DNA of 63,964 nt, counting the filler, from Licmophora abbreviata (lineage: Eukaryota): NCBI GenBank assembly GCA_900291995.1. It is 6 parts of 6 records of this genome, joined end to end, with 100 filler letters (N's around TTAATTAATTAA, not from the genome) between each part and the next. Parts side by side here need not be neighbours in the genome. Positions count along the whole stretch, not along the records: positions 25,499 to 43,079 come from OLMU01003924.1; 5 more parts are not named here. The stretch is one strand, 5' to 3'. The position numbers and the translations under genes were made by a program. Below are positions 26,411 to 38,800 of the stretch, in pieces. How positions within the stretch are numbered: position 1 is the first letter of the stretch; each line of letters starts with the position of its first letter. Below the pieces are notes generated by a model that was not told the DNA's origin, searched no databases, and was given only the letters and a program-made list of their open reading frames with translations.

Positions 26411-27634
26411 ATGAGCACTCCCAGTGCCCTTGTCGACCTGGAGTCACCGAACAGTCCTACTAGCATGAGGAGTTTCGTCTCCCTCCTTGTCGGCGTGTGC
26501 CTCGTCTACTTTCTTGGTGAGATTTTGCAAAAACGACGGCGGCCGACCGCTTCTTCGGGAGACGGCAAAGACTCATCGTGCCCCGTTTGTGCGGACACGG
26601 TGTATTCTCCGGTCGGGCTGTCTTGTTGTGGACAGACTCTTTGTCAATCCTGTCTTTATCGACATGTTCAAAGTGTTTTACAAGAGGGAATTACGAATCA
26701 AGGACGAAATGAGCTCCATTGCCCACTGGCGTGTGGCTCGGAACTCGAGGACCACACCATTCGCAAGTGTATCAAACGGCAGCATCCCCAGAAACCACTT
26801 GGAAAGTTAATTGCGTTTGTCGTCATGGCGTTCCTCCGCTTGGTGGGATGGTTCCGTACGGCAAGAGAATCGACAACGCCGCTTGACCACCAGAAACGAA
26901 CCTCTCGGTACTACGAGAGTTGGTGGTATTGGTATCATTCCCGAGATGAGAGACACGATCTGATTCGATATGAGCAATGGAGTTTAGCAGTAGCCTTGCG
27001 GCAGTTGACACACAAAACTGATGATCAATCGGTAGTGCTGCACTGCCCCGCACCTGACTGTGGCTACACGTGGCTGGCGAACGCGGAAAACCGAGAACAA
27101 AAGAGGGAGAACGAAAACAAGTCATACCTTCTATGGTACAAGCCGCCTGAGGCCGAGCCAGAAAATTTGTACTGGGCGGAACCGGAGTTTATAAACGTTC
27201 AAGTTCTTAACACCGAGTCGCCACCGGAACCGTCCGACAAGTACGATGGACGACGCATGTGCTGTGCCAAGTGCCATGTCGTATTTTGTGGCTTATGTCG
27301 ACGCCCATGGACCATGCGCTCGGAAGGTGGAGGAATCATATTCGGAGGTCGTGAAAAGTCGCATCGAGGTGTGTCGTGTGTCTCCTATGCTAAACAGATT
27401 GGTACGACCCAAGAGGACGACGAGTATGCATTTGTGGGGCAGCTGGCCAACACTAGGTCCTGTCCATCCTGTACACTCCGTACCGTTCGGAGTGACGGCT
27501 GCAATCACATGTCGTGTCCTTGCGGTATGGAATGGTGCTATGTGTGCGAGACTAGCTGGAGCCCACGGCACTATGGCTGTCGTGAACGCCGGAGAAGTAA
27601 CGCCGCAAGCATGAGTTGGTGTGTCGTGTCGTGA
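26411..27634 (+). CDS. RBR (RING-IBR-RING) E3 ubiquitin ligase with N-terminal transmembrane helix
   Basis: RING1 CPVC...CCGQTLCQSC...CPLAC; IBR CPAPDC...CAKC...FCGLC...H; RING2 CPSC...DGCNHMSCPCGMEWCYVC. Confidence 0.9.
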   Translation: MSTPSALVDLESPNSPTSMRSFVSLLVGVCLVYFLGEILQKRRRPTASSGDGKDSSCPVCADTVYSPVGLSCCGQTLCQSCLYRHVQSVLQEGITNQGRNELHCPLACGSELEDHTIRKCIKRQHPQKPLGKLIAFVVMAFLRLVGWFRTARESTTPLDHQKRTSRYYESWWYWYHSRDERHDLIRYEQWSLAVALRQLTHKTDDQSVVLHCPAPDCGYTWLANAENREQKRENENKSYLLWYKPPEAEPENLYWAEPEFINVQVLNTESPPEPSDKYDGRRMCCAKCHVVFCGLCRRPWTMRSEGGGIIFGGREKSHRGVSCVSYAKQIGTTQEDDEYAFVGQLANTRSCPSCTLRTVRSDGCNHMSCPCGMEWCYVCETSWSPRHYGCRERRRSNAASMSWCVVS

Positions 27635-28153
27635 TATGACCCAGCGGCGACTTTCTACTGGTGCGTACGTAGTCCTGCACTCGGTAATGCCCGTAGAAAT
27701 AGCAATTCGTTGCACACTTTCTCTGCTGTCGTACTGTAATAGAAACAAAGATGAATCCGGTTGCCGGAGAGAATGGCAGTCGAAAAGTGAGGTGATTTCG
27801 AACAACATGAGCCCTGATGAGCGAGTCGAGTCCCCTCGCGAGCTAGAAAGTTGGTGAATAAACTTGAGCTACATAAAAGTCAATGTATATAATTTATATT
27901 CAGGCTTAAAAACTTGTGAATTTTTCTCCGTTGAGTTTCGTGGCGCGCGCGGATTTGGCGGGAAGCCCCATTGATTTCGAAATGCGCCAATAGAGCTGCA
28001 CTGTGAAGATTGGGGCCTCATTTATTGCACCCACTCCACCACAAGACCAACGGCTCAATCCCGTCTAACTCCCGGCGCCATCGTTTTCGTGCCATATTTG
28101 GCTTCTTCAACGTACCTTGAATCCTCGAGATCTTCACATCTACCAGTTAAATC

Positions 28154-28666
28154 ATGTCGGAGAACGAGGGACCAACAGGCTGCTATTTAGTCTTTGAGAG
28201 CAACTCGGGAGGACGCTTGATGCTGCACTATTCGCAGGGTGTCATTCCGGACAATGCTGTTGGATTTTGGTGTGCCGGAGAGGGAAAAAAGATTCAGGGA
28301 TTCAAATTCAAGCAGGCTGGGGGGAGAAGCGAGCTGATCAAGGGAATTGCAGGTGGAGACTCGAATCGACGCAAGTACTTTGTCGGGTGGTGTCAATTCA
28401 TCAAACTAGCGAAAGCCATGAATGGCAAAGTCATCAAGTTTCCGAATGCTGAACAAGGGGTCGAAGTTGACGTGTATGGCTACAATCAAAGTGAGAGTAA
28501 GCCCTCCTTGTTGGAATTGGACGAAGGACTCGTTCAGGTCGGTGAAATTGATGCCGTGGCCGTCTTGCCCAGGCACAATAACAAACTTCAGGGTATCAAG
28601 AGTATCGTCGTCTCGAACTTTCTTGAGATCGGAAACATGTCTGGGGCGTCGACTACTTTGAATTAG
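28154..28666 (+). CDS. IMP1/IMP2-like (immune mapped protein N-terminal domain) protein
   Basis: 'GCYLVF..SGGRLMLHYS...FKFKQAGGRSELIKG...KYFVGWCQFIKLAK' resembles the apicomplexan IMP1-like domain, recalled rather than searched. Confidence 0.55.
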   Translation: MSENEGPTGCYLVFESNSGGRLMLHYSQGVIPDNAVGFWCAGEGKKIQGFKFKQAGGRSELIKGIAGGDSNRRKYFVGWCQFIKLAKAMNGKVIKFPNAEQGVEVDVYGYNQSESKPSLLELDEGLVQVGEIDAVAVLPRHNNKLQGIKSIVVSNFLEIGNMSGASTTLN

Positions 28667-29284
28667 ATGAGTGAACGCTTCTGTGGGAGGGTCTTAGTAC
28701 AGGGGCAAGATCGACGGAGCTATATGGCGCGTTGGGAACTTGGGTGTGCGGAATGTAACCGCCGGGAACGAAAGAGGTTCCAAAGACGGAGCAAGCAGAC
28801 ACAGTTACAATGACATGAGGCTGACGAGGAAACTCGCCGATATTCAACTTTATCGTTAACAAAGTCGAGTTATTTGTTGGTGTATTGCTGTCGTGCACGA
28901 AATGTCTCGCTTTGGACCTTGAAATCGCTAGGTGTCCAGAGTATCGTTTCGTGACCCGTAGCGATAGAACCCTCCTGGCGCTGCAGATTGATTGTGGGTC
29001 TACCTAATCCGATCGGTGCTTTCTTGACGACCCAATTCGATAGTTTGATTCGATTCTTTTGCTACCGGTAGGTCTATTCGACTCATTCCCGCGGCAACTC
29101 TGATAGGGATAACAAGCTGAGCGCGCGCCCGTCACGCCGCGTTGGGAAAAGTCCCGCCGGCCAATGACAGAAAATATCATTGCGCCGATCAGCGATCACA
29201 AAATCACAGCATCATCACAACATCATCAACAGAAGGAATGCCGCTACTCTGAGACTTTACACTTCCCCATCACTGCGCTTTACC

Positions 29285-30043
29285 ATGGGATTTGTTGACG
29301 CACTCACAGCAACAGCTGTCTCGTTCACAGTCGCCGGGAATACGGGCGTGGCACCGGTTTTGACCTTGTTCCTCGTGGGATGTCTGGAAAACTTCAACCC
29401 CAACCTGCTCAATATGGGCGGCACCATGGAAACGCTGCTGGCTTCGTGGCCTGGGATGACACTGCTGGGTGCGGGGACGATCCTAGAGTTTGTCAGTCAC
29501 TGTGTTCCTGTCGTGGACGAAATTGTGGACGGGGCCATGACGTTCGTCGTTCCGATTATGAGTCTTTTGGGTTCATTGAGTACGATGGGCCTGTACGAAC
29601 TGCCGGGAGTCGTCGAGGAGTTTGGAGGCGCAACCGACGATGACGACCAGAGACGTCGTCTTTCTGCTGCCACGACAGCACTAAGAGTATTTCAAGGTGT
29701 CGTGATTGCGATAGGCGTCGGACTGGCACTGGGTGTGCATTTATTCAAAATGATGCTACGATTGGTTGGAGAGGGTTGGTTGACGGGAATCCTGACAGTC
29801 CTCGAAACCTCGTGGTGTGTCCTCACGGTCATTTTGGCAATTTTTATTGCCCCGATTGCGATTGCCGTGGCAGTGTGTATTTGTGTGGCGGCGGTCGTGA
29901 TACTCAAGCGAAAGTTCTGTGACAAACAGGACGAAACACAGGAAGAGGGGCTGGTAGTGATGGACGAGGCAGTTCTTTCCGGTGTAGATGCAGCCGAGAC
30001 GGGAACAAGCAACTATGTGCAGATGTCAAGGCTTGGGAATTGA
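29285..30043 (+). CDS. DUF4126-like multi-pass membrane protein
   Basis: Motifs 'GVAPVLTLFLVG' and 'ILEFVSHCVPVVDEIVD'; five to six hydrophobic segments. Confidence 0.65.
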   Translation: MGFVDALTATAVSFTVAGNTGVAPVLTLFLVGCLENFNPNLLNMGGTMETLLASWPGMTLLGAGTILEFVSHCVPVVDEIVDGAMTFVVPIMSLLGSLSTMGLYELPGVVEEFGGATDDDDQRRRLSAATTALRVFQGVVIAIGVGLALGVHLFKMMLRLVGEGWLTGILTVLETSWCVLTVILAIFIAPIAIAVAVCICVAAVVILKRKFCDKQDETQEEGLVVMDEAVLSGVDAAETGTSNYVQMSRLGN

Positions 30044-30205
30044 AACACACCAGCCGATTTCTATTGTACCTTGCCACCGTCCTACACGGCAATCTTTAAA
30101 GTGCATTCACTCATCTGGATATGTACAAGTGTCGCTTCTAGTTGAATCTACAAAACGACCATCATTGTTAACAACTTATAATCACATACTTTCATCGTTT
30201 GCCAA

Positions 30206-30811
30206 CTAGAATGTGTTCAAGTGCTTACGAAGAATCGAATCCTGTCGGACTTGATCACCAAGCAGCTGACCGTCAAACTGAACCTTTTGATCCCAAGTGA
30301 ACTTTCCCTTTTCATTCTGTTCTGCTTCCCAGTCTTCGACACGTTGGTACTTGCTTACCGTTTTTGGCGTTTCAAAGGAAGTATCATTATTTACACACGA
30401 GGAAATGCTGGTGGTGGCATTGCTTCCGCCGTCGACACTCTGTTGACGTTGATCGTTCATCACGGCCCGCTCAAACGTGGCAGAATCTTGGGACATTTCG
30501 TGCAATCTCTTGAAGAAGGCATCGTTCGATTCACCAGGTCGCTGTTCAAACATGCCACTGTATAGCACAGTCGTCGTGAAATAATTTCCTGTGAGACTAG
30601 CAACACGACGAGACGAACATGGCGGCCGCGTGGAACAAGAAGGAAGTCGTCGTATTGGCGACGGTCTTGAAAATGCGGTAGAAGGAGATCTCTGTACGTT
30701 CCCAGTGCTCCCAAACGCCGAAGAGACCAATCCAGGAAGACACGCGTATAGAATGAACGCTACAAGAGAAGCGGGAGTGCGGCGTCGGTGCATCGTCGTT
30801 TTCTTCATCAT
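30206..30811 (-). CDS. Plastid-targeted hypothetical protein
   Basis: Signal peptide ending VSSA-FG, S/R-rich transit peptide, conserved-looking C-terminus WDQKVQFDGQ..GDQVRQ. Confidence 0.65.
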   Translation of the reverse strand: MMKKTTMHRRRTPASLVAFILYACLPGLVSSAFGSTGNVQRSPSTAFSRPSPIRRLPSCSTRPPCSSRRVASLTGNYFTTTVLYSGMFEQRPGESNDAFFKRLHEMSQDSATFERAVMNDQRQQSVDGGSNATTSISSCVNNDTSFETPKTVSKYQRVEDWEAEQNEKGKFTWDQKVQFDGQLLGDQVRQDSILRKHLNTF

Positions 30812-31727
30812 GGTCGCAGATCACTGAGAGAATACGAACTCGGAACCAACTTTCTCCGCGTGTTCTTTCGTTTCGCGTGAAAGTGCGCGATGCCGTGACT
30901 CATACGAGCGACGGAGGGACGACGTCCGTTGAGCCGTCTGAGCCTCTGTCCATCGACGATCCGCGGGATTGAAGGCGACGAGATGAGCGCGAGAGTGAGT
31001 GAGTCTTTTCCACCCCCTTTTTCTTTCTCGACGGATTCTGAGCCATCGTTCGATGCGCTCATAGCTACTACGAGTAGTAGAATGCCCAACACGAAGTGTT
31101 ATTCGAGACACAAGTCATCACGGAGAGGAAAGTAGGAGAAAGCTAAAAGTAAAGAGTAGCTAACAACAAGTTACAATTCATTCAGGCCGGCGCCATGGTA
31201 TAGCTACGAATCTACGACTGGAATTACTTTGCGTGGTAGCTTTTCAACCTGGTCTGACTCTAGCAATGTACTCGTAGTCCTATAACGGTGTTAGGGGCTA
31301 AGAGAAGCTCCTGGGGTACCATCTTTGCCCGATGCTCGGGACCTTTCGCAAGGACACCAGCTGCTCCTAACTCTTCTTCCTCCAGTCTTGTGGCTAACCT
31401 TCGACCCAAGCAGTGGAACCTAATAGCTAGCTATTAGCTACTGAAATAACGCTTCAAGGTCAAAACATAAACGTTCTTCTAAACATTGAAAGAAGCTACA
31501 TAGACATACCGGTCAATCGCAATACTGTGTATATCCGATCCATGTTGGCCTCCCCCACGGCAAAGTAAGTATACCATCCATCCAACGCTCAACCCCGACC
31601 TCGCTAGCCTTCTACTAAGAGACTTCTCTGTTCCTTGTTCCATGAAATCCGCAATTTACATGGAAACGATCCCTCGAAGCATCTATATACCAAGACAACC
31701 ATCCACTATTTTCCGTCGATCGACAAT

Positions 31728-32351
31728 CTAACAACACTTCTTCTGTGTTCCCGGTCCCGCCGCTCCGGATTGAATCTTGAGTCCACCGCTCTTGGGAGCC
31801 GGTCCACCCTGTCCATCCGCTACGAGTCGATCTTTGACACCCCGAGCAATGCCAACGAAGGACTCGTCGACGTTAATGTCGTTCTTGGCCGAGCACTCCC
31901 AAAAGTCAATGCCAAACTCCTTGGCGAGCTTCTGTCCTTCTTCGGTGGAGACGACCTTTTCGTCGAGCATATCGCATTTGTTACCGACAAGGATCTTGTT
32001 GACGTGGACATCGGCGTGCTGCTGAATCTGGGAGATCCAGTTGCGGATGGACTCGAAGGAGCGACGGTCCGTGACGTCGTAGACGAGCAAAATGCCCTGT
32101 GCGCCGCGAAAGTAGCTCGTGGTGATGGTGCGGAACCGTTCTTGTCCGGCCGTGTCCCAGATCTGTAGCTTGATGCGAGTGCCCTCAATGTCGATATTCT
32201 TAATCTTGAAATCAATGCCAATCGTGGTAATGAAGGTGGGAGAAAAGGAGTCGTTGGCGTAACGCAAGAGTAAGCATGTCTTTCCGACGCCGCTGTCTCC
32301 AATCATGAGCAGTTTGATCTGCATGTCGTATGGGGCGCTTCCTGAACTCAT
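31728..32351 (-). CDS. RAB8: Rab8/Sec4-family small GTPase
   Basis: Motifs [36 protein letters not shown] and ECSAK; C-terminal CC prenylation motif. Confidence 0.96.
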   Translation of the reverse strand: MSSGSAPYDMQIKLLMIGDSGVGKTCLLLRYANDSFSPTFITTIGIDFKIKNIDIEGTRIKLQIWDTAGQERFRTITTSYFRGAQGILLVYDVTDRRSFESIRNWISQIQQHADVHVNKILVGNKCDMLDEKVVSTEEGQKLAKEFGIDFWECSAKNDINVDESFVGIARGVKDRLVADGQGGPAPKSGGLKIQSGAAGPGTQKKCC

Positions 32352-32754
32352 GCTGGTTCTGTTGGGGGGCTAGTTATGATAAGTAAAAAGGGGAAAACAA
32401 GACGGACTACAGCAGCGGCAATCGGGGCTTTCGATCAGCACAGCAGCAAGAGGGATCAAAAGTATGCGTTGCGTTGTTCGTGCCGTGGCAATCCTAGCAG
32501 AAGGCCGTTTACTGCGGCAAAGAGTCTCCTTGTTTTCGTCTATTCGTGGTACTTCGTCACGTAGCTTTCTACGTTGAATATTTCAGACATAATTCTGGGA
32601 CCACATTATGCTCTTCAGCCATGAATAACATAAATGAAAAGGTCATCTGGGGTGACCCGTCAGGGCGTCGTCCGATCGGCACTTTTGCAAGACTCGACAC
32701 CACAACAAAAACGTCAACGGCAAATTTGAAATCCGCAGTTTGTCTTGCACACTG

Positions 32755-33591
32755 ATGGCGATGATGTCGGCTCTTGTTGTTCTTGGTGTTGTCCCTCCTT
32801 GTGTAACCAGCAGTAGTTGTAGATCATGGGCGTCATTGATGCGTCATCGTCAGTACTCCACGTCCATACCACGTTTCCACAGCAAGAAACAGAAAAGCAG
32901 TTCTGGATCATCCTCATGGATGCGACGACACGTTCAGGATGAATACGTCAAACGGGCACAAAAGGATGGCCATGTCAGTCGAGCCGTGTACAAGCTACAA
33001 CAGATGGACGAAAAGCATGGGATATTCACAAATGCGCATAAAAACAACAAGCCACAAACTGTGCTGGAGCTAGGAGCAGCTCCCGGGGGGTGGACGTCCT
33101 ATGTGGTAGATAGACTCTCAGCCGGCAGTACCGTCATTGCAGTTGATTTGCTACCGTTGGATGCCGTCGTGATGCAAAAACTTCAGCGCCAGGAGCCACA
33201 GATTTGTCGACATGTGCTATTGGGTGATTTTCAATCGCATCAAGTACAATCATCCCTTCAAGACATTCTGCGCGAAAACGATAATGATGATGGCTCTACT
33301 TCCAGCAAAGGAGTATCAGTAGTACTGAGTGATATGGCGGCCAATACGATGGGCGACACGAGCACTGACGCTCTCAGGACAATGGCCTTGTGCGAATCAG
33401 CCTTTGACATGGCCATACAAATACTGGACAAGAGAGGATCCTTCGTAGGCAAGTACTTTTCATGTCCCGACGAGAAAGAACTGCGAGAGCGGGCGAGAGA
33501 CTATTTTGACAAGGTACACGTTGTCAAGCCCAAGGCAAGTCGAAGCGCCAGTGTGGAACGATATCTTGTAGCAAAGGGATATAAGCGATAG
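32755..33591 (+). CDS. MRM2: RrmJ/FtsJ-family rRNA 2'-O-methyltransferase (MRM2-like)
   Basis: Motifs SRAVYKL, LELGAAPGGW, VVLSDMA, FVGK and KPKASRSASVERY (K-D-K-E tetrad). Confidence 0.9.
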   Translation: MAMMSALVVLGVVPPCVTSSSCRSWASLMRHRQYSTSIPRFHSKKQKSSSGSSSWMRRHVQDEYVKRAQKDGHVSRAVYKLQQMDEKHGIFTNAHKNNKPQTVLELGAAPGGWTSYVVDRLSAGSTVIAVDLLPLDAVVMQKLQRQEPQICRHVLLGDFQSHQVQSSLQDILRENDNDDGSTSSKGVSVVLSDMAANTMGDTSTDALRTMALCESAFDMAIQILDKRGSFVGKYFSCPDEKELRERARDYFDKVHVVKPKASRSASVERYLVAKGYKR

Positions 33592-33625
33592 AAACATATG
33601 TAGTAAGTCTGATTGAGAGTAACTT

Positions 33626-35456
33626 CTACCAACCATCAAAGAGACCTTTTCCGACTTCAGCTTCATCGTCCGTGTCGCTTGTGTTGTCACTCTTATGCTC
33701 AACCATGGGCGGCAACTCGAGTCCCTGCTGCTTGGCCGTTTCCATGGCTGCCTGGGCGCGTTCCTGTCGTTCTCGCATTGACTCTTCTTCTCGTTGTTTT
33801 CTCCACTCCTCTTGAGAACTCTCCTGTTCCAACTGTACCTTTTGCTGTCCCTCGTCGTCGTCAGTTTCAGGAGCGAGTTGTAGACTGATCGGTCCCAACC
33901 GCCCCGCACGGAAATCCTGGATTATCTTACGTGCAGCATCCTCCTGATTGCCACGACATACATTGTCTGCCGCAGAGAATAACATATCTTCCCCTGTCTG
34001 ATAACGTTTGTTATCGTCTCCGTTGCCTTGTTGCGAAGGCTGAAATTCGTCGTTCCGTTCTATTGGTTCGAGTGGATCAAAGCCGTAGCGTTCCTTACAT
34101 TTTCTAGGCCATTTGGGCGACGTCACTCTACCTTTGCCCATCAGATGGAGAGTCTTGAGCCATTCACATAAGAATGCCGCAATAGCCTGAAGGAAAAGAG
34201 TTCCATGTTTGTGGTAAGAGGGGCGACAGGAAATCGAATTGATCTGTAATATACAAGTGCAGACTTTATCCGACACACACCTGGTTGTCGTACGCTGCCT
34301 GTCCGATACAGTTACACACCGCCAGCAACGCAGCATCATTTTGATCGACCAAGTTGGCTGGAATGATACCGGGACTATCCAACAGCTCGAATTCCTTTCT
34401 TTTCGTCTTGGTCTCTTCCGCTTTGACTCGAATCCATTGTAGGGATCGCGTAACTCCCGGTGTATTGGCCGTGCGTGCTCGTTTGCGACCCAGCAGTCGG
34501 TTGATCAATGCCGATTTCCCAACATTCGGGTAGCCGATAACACCAACACGCAGCGCTCGTTCTTTGAGTCCCCGTCGCTCGCGCCGTTCTTGCACATGTG
34601 CGCCAGCCTTCAAGACAGCTCGCGTGATGCTATGAGTGCCTTGTCCCTGCTTGGCATTGACAAACAACACGTTTTCAACAGGCGACACGACATGAAGTGG
34701 CGTCGCTGCACTCTTGGTAGACAACTTGGAAAGTCGCTTTAACGCTTCAGGTGCATACTTTTGACGTTCCATGGCCGCCTGCAGTGCCTGATGGCGCACT
34801 TGCAGATTCACGGCAGCATCCCATCTCCCTGCCCCAAGAGACTCATACGATTGCTTCCACTGTTGCAAAGAAAGCTTCGGAATCGCATCCACATGAGTCA
34901 TTACCACAATACGAGGTCGCCCCGCACACCATTCTCCCACTTTCGGATGCGATGTCGCTTTGCAGGCACGAGCATCCCTCACTTCCACTACAACATCGAC
35001 GGCTTTCAAGGTTTCGGCCAATTGACGTTCGGCTTTGGCGATGTGACCAGGATACCACTGAACCGTAGGACGACGATAGCCGGAAGTCGAGTCGAACAAC
35101 GAGGCGTCCATCGCATTCGTGCTCGTTGCGCTACTGACGCGACGCCGTTCGGCGTGAAGGAGCGTCGAGGTGAGACTTTTCGGATGCCTCCCGACAGTGC
35201 ATATGCTGCTGAATGAAGCTTGAACGGGGTATGCACTACGAGATTGCCGAAATCGCCTTGGTACAGAGCCATTGGGGATATTCAAGAACGATACGACCAC
35301 TCGAGAACTCGAGAGCATGGTCAGAATTGAAAGTAGAGTCACAGTGCGCCACGATGATGGTATTCTGCGGCAGAACAGTCCTCCGCCCGAAGTTCTGAAT
35401 GTGGCTATTTTTCTACACCGACGAGATGCAAGGCTGCTCCTGGAAGATGCTTCCAT
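33626..35456 (-). CDS. RbgA/YlqF circularly permuted ribosome-biogenesis GTPase, probably plastid-targeted; intron 34187-34280
   Basis: Motifs QWYPGHIAKA, EVRDAR, GYPNVGKSALIN, TPGVTR, LLDSPG and DFRAGRLG. Confidence 0.92.
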
Positions 35457-35876
35457 CGAATAGATTCTCTCAAGCAGTCCACCCCTACAAAATCAAATGG
35501 ACTGCCTTTAGTGTAAGAACAGATGGGCTAACATCGCCGAAGCGTCGCGTGTGTGTGATGGCTGTGATGCAGTTTTGGGTTGCTTTTGTTCTCTTTTTTG
35601 GTTTTTGGTGTCGCAAAAAGCAAAAACAGAAAAATGTGCGGTGCGGACGAGCGTCCTCCGGAGTCGCGGACAGACTATACACTTCTTCAATGTTGCTGTC
35701 GCATCCATAAGTAGAAAAGATATTATGGAAAACGTCACTCCAGCCGCGATCCTTCAATCCTGTGCGTGGCAAGAGTCATCAATGTGTGTACAGGAACCAT
35801 GGTGAACTGTGGAACAGTCTCATTTTCTGCTTCAGCCGGTGTTTCAATTCCAAACTTCTCTATATAACTACGAACT

Positions 35877-38800
35877 ATGGGCTGCAATGGTTCAAAATTT
35901 GACGCGGCAGCCACAGCGACCTCGAAGTCGGGCGTTACGCAGGTGCGTATCATTTGTCGAGTTTGCGTGAAGTTCTCTTACACTCCTGGGCAAGAACCGC
36001 TTCAAATGTCCCTTTGGCCTCGAATGTGCAGGAATCTCTTGTTTCTTCTGTAGCTCATTTTTCAATTTCCTCAATCTTTTCACAGCCAATCTATCTCACG
36101 GCCAATGATCTCCCAGCAGAGACGCGACATCGAACATCCATCCACAATCCTGCTGTTTCCGCCACGGGAGTATCAAACCAGCGTACGGTTCCGGCTACCA
36201 CCACCGGCAAAAGCGCACCGGTAGCTAATCGCCGCCCTGGACGTCTATCTTCGCCGCAGCCATATGAGGAACCTTCAATGAAGAAGCATGAGGAATTCAC
36301 GCCTATCATGCAAAGTACTAAGTATGTGAAGAAAACGACGACAGTGACGACTACCAAGCCAGGAGTTGTGCCCAAACCTGCCGATGTCAGCGTTGCTGTT
36401 TCTGAGGCTCCGTCCCTGAACTCATCCTTCCAAAAAAGAACGATGTGGACGTTCGTTCGGAGTATTTGCTCATCAGAGTAGTAAGTCTCTACGTAAATTG
36501 TGTGCTGCTCTTAGCTTGTTGGGCTTGTCTCAAAAGCGCGACTCATACGATCTCCTGATATTATCCTCAGGTGGGCAGTGGTGCCTTCGCCGAAGTCTAT
36601 ATAGCATCACACCATGGCAGTGGTCAGGAGTATGCCATCAAGAAAGTTGATCGCAGCAAGATGACTTGGGGCGGACGCGATGCGTTGCAAGACGAGATTA
36701 ACAATCTTAAGCTTGTTAGGAACGGACCGAATATTGTGCAGCTCTACGAAGTTTATGAAGAGAGGGCCTACTGTTACCTGGTGATGGAAATGATGCAGGG
36801 TGGGGAACTTTTTGACCGCATAATTGAAAAGAAGACTTTCAATGAAGAGGAAGCGCGCGATGTTTTGAAGTGTATCTTGGATGGACTGCAATACATGCAC
36901 AAGCACCGGGTCGTGCACCGCGATCTGAAACCAGAAAATCTCTTGTTGAAGGTGAGTAGTGTGTGGGTGTGTGTGAGAGAGAGACGTTTTGCCTCCAGCC
37001 CTGAAGCAGTGAGTGGAACATCTGGTTGCGTGGGGGCTCACTTTGATTGTTTCGACCTACTCGCGCAGAGGGTATCGACCGAGACAAATGTCAAGTTGGC
37101 TGACTTTGGCTTCGCCAAGCGCCTTCAGACTCAAAATGGATGTCGCACGCTCTGCGGTACGCCGGGTTATTTGGCTCCTGAGATTCTCGAGCGATGGCCG
37201 GCTTATGATACAAAGTGCGACATATGGAGTGCGGGAGTCATCTTGTTCCTTCTGCTGGGAGGATATCTGCCGTTTGATAGCGACGAGGAAGAGGAGGTGT
37301 TCGATCAAACCCGCGACGGCGATTATGACTTTCATCCAGATTACTTCAAGAAAGTGTCACAGCCGGCCAAGAACTTGGTTACGCAGATGCTAACCGTCAA
37401 TCCCTCGAAGCGGGCTTCGGCGAAGGTGGCGCTGGAACACAATTGGATGGACCAAAAACCGAAGGATTTGAAGGACAGGTATTTGAACGTAGACAAGCTG
37501 AAGAAGAGCGTGCTGCGTGATCGAGCCAGAAACGTGAAGAGAGACACGGCAGCAACTGCGCAGACAGAAGCTGACCGTATCGAACAGTTGGAAAAGAAAT
37601 TCGAATCGTACCTCTCGAAGCGCACAGATTCCATGACAGTGTTTACCAAGCAGTCCAGTGCCCCCCATGTACGTTCTAATGTGATATTGCCCTTCCTGGA
37701 TGTTTCCGTTCCTTGCACTGGGAATCTCACGTTATCATTGCGCTGTTGCTGTTGTAGCCCCATGACTTCGTGGAGGACTCGGCTTCTGGACGTCCGTTTT
37801 ACCACTTTTATGATCTTGGGCGTATGGTACGTATGCTTATTGTGCGGGTACCAGCGACGAGCGCCGAAGTCAGCACTCTCCTCACATTAGATCGAATGTA
37901 TCGCTCATAGTTGGGCGAGGGTGGTTTCGCAACTGTGTGGCGGGCGGTGCACAAGGAAACACGCCAGGTTGTCGCGGTCAAGAATGTGGACCACTCGAAT
38001 CTACAGGAGAAGAGCAGGACGAATCTCAAAGACGAGGTTGCCGCCTTGAAAGTCCTGCGTGGGGGTCCTCATATTGTGCGGCTTTTCGACGTTTTCGAGG
38101 AAAGTGCAAACACATACATTATCATGGAGGAGATGAAAGGAGGCGAGTTGTTACAGCGAATCGTTGACAAGGAGGTTTACACGGAGCGCGAGGCTCGAGA
38201 GCTATGCAAGATGTTCTTTTCTGCTATCGACTACTGCCATAAGAAAAAGATCGCCCACAGAGACCTAAAGCCAGAGAATCTCCTCTTGTCGGTACGTTTG
38301 TCACCGCAGATGCGAGATGAAGCACTTTATAGGGTCCGTCTCACTGGTTTGCTCCTGTTCTGGACAAATCTGACTACAGGAGAAAGAAGACGACACAAGC
38401 ATCAAGGTGGCAGACTTTGGATTCGCCAAGAAGGTTTTCAAACCTTTCTGCTTACAGACTCTTTGCGGAACGGCTTCCTATGTGGCCCCCGAAGTGCTAG
38501 ACCTGAGGTGGAGCGGTTATGACACGAAAGCAGAGTAAGTTTGATCTACGTGTTGCGTCGTCTCATTGCCCTGCTCTTATGGAGGTGCTAACGTCCTTGA
38601 ATTTCCCGTAGCATGTGGAGTGTTGGCGTAGTCGTCTATATTCTTCTCGGTGGATACGCGCCATTCGAGGGCGAGCTCAAAGAACTGGCGAAGGTCATCA
38701 TAAAGGGCCAGTACAAGTTCCATGACGAGTACTGGAATCACATATCTCCTGATGCAAAGGATCTCATCAAGTCGTTACTGCAAGTGAATCCAAAGAGACG

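Noticed and set aside
31100..31720. About 600 nt without a credible ORF, examined as a possible ncRNA or mobile element
   Set aside because: No terminal repeats or recognisable RNA motifs; most simply the Rab8 3' UTR plus the next gene's promoter.
36428..36440. CAAAAAAG as a programmed -1 frameshift site in the kinase gene
   Set aside because: In the upstream frame it reads CAA-AAA-AGA, not X-XXY-YYZ, and no clear stimulatory structure follows. A homopolymer error is simpler.
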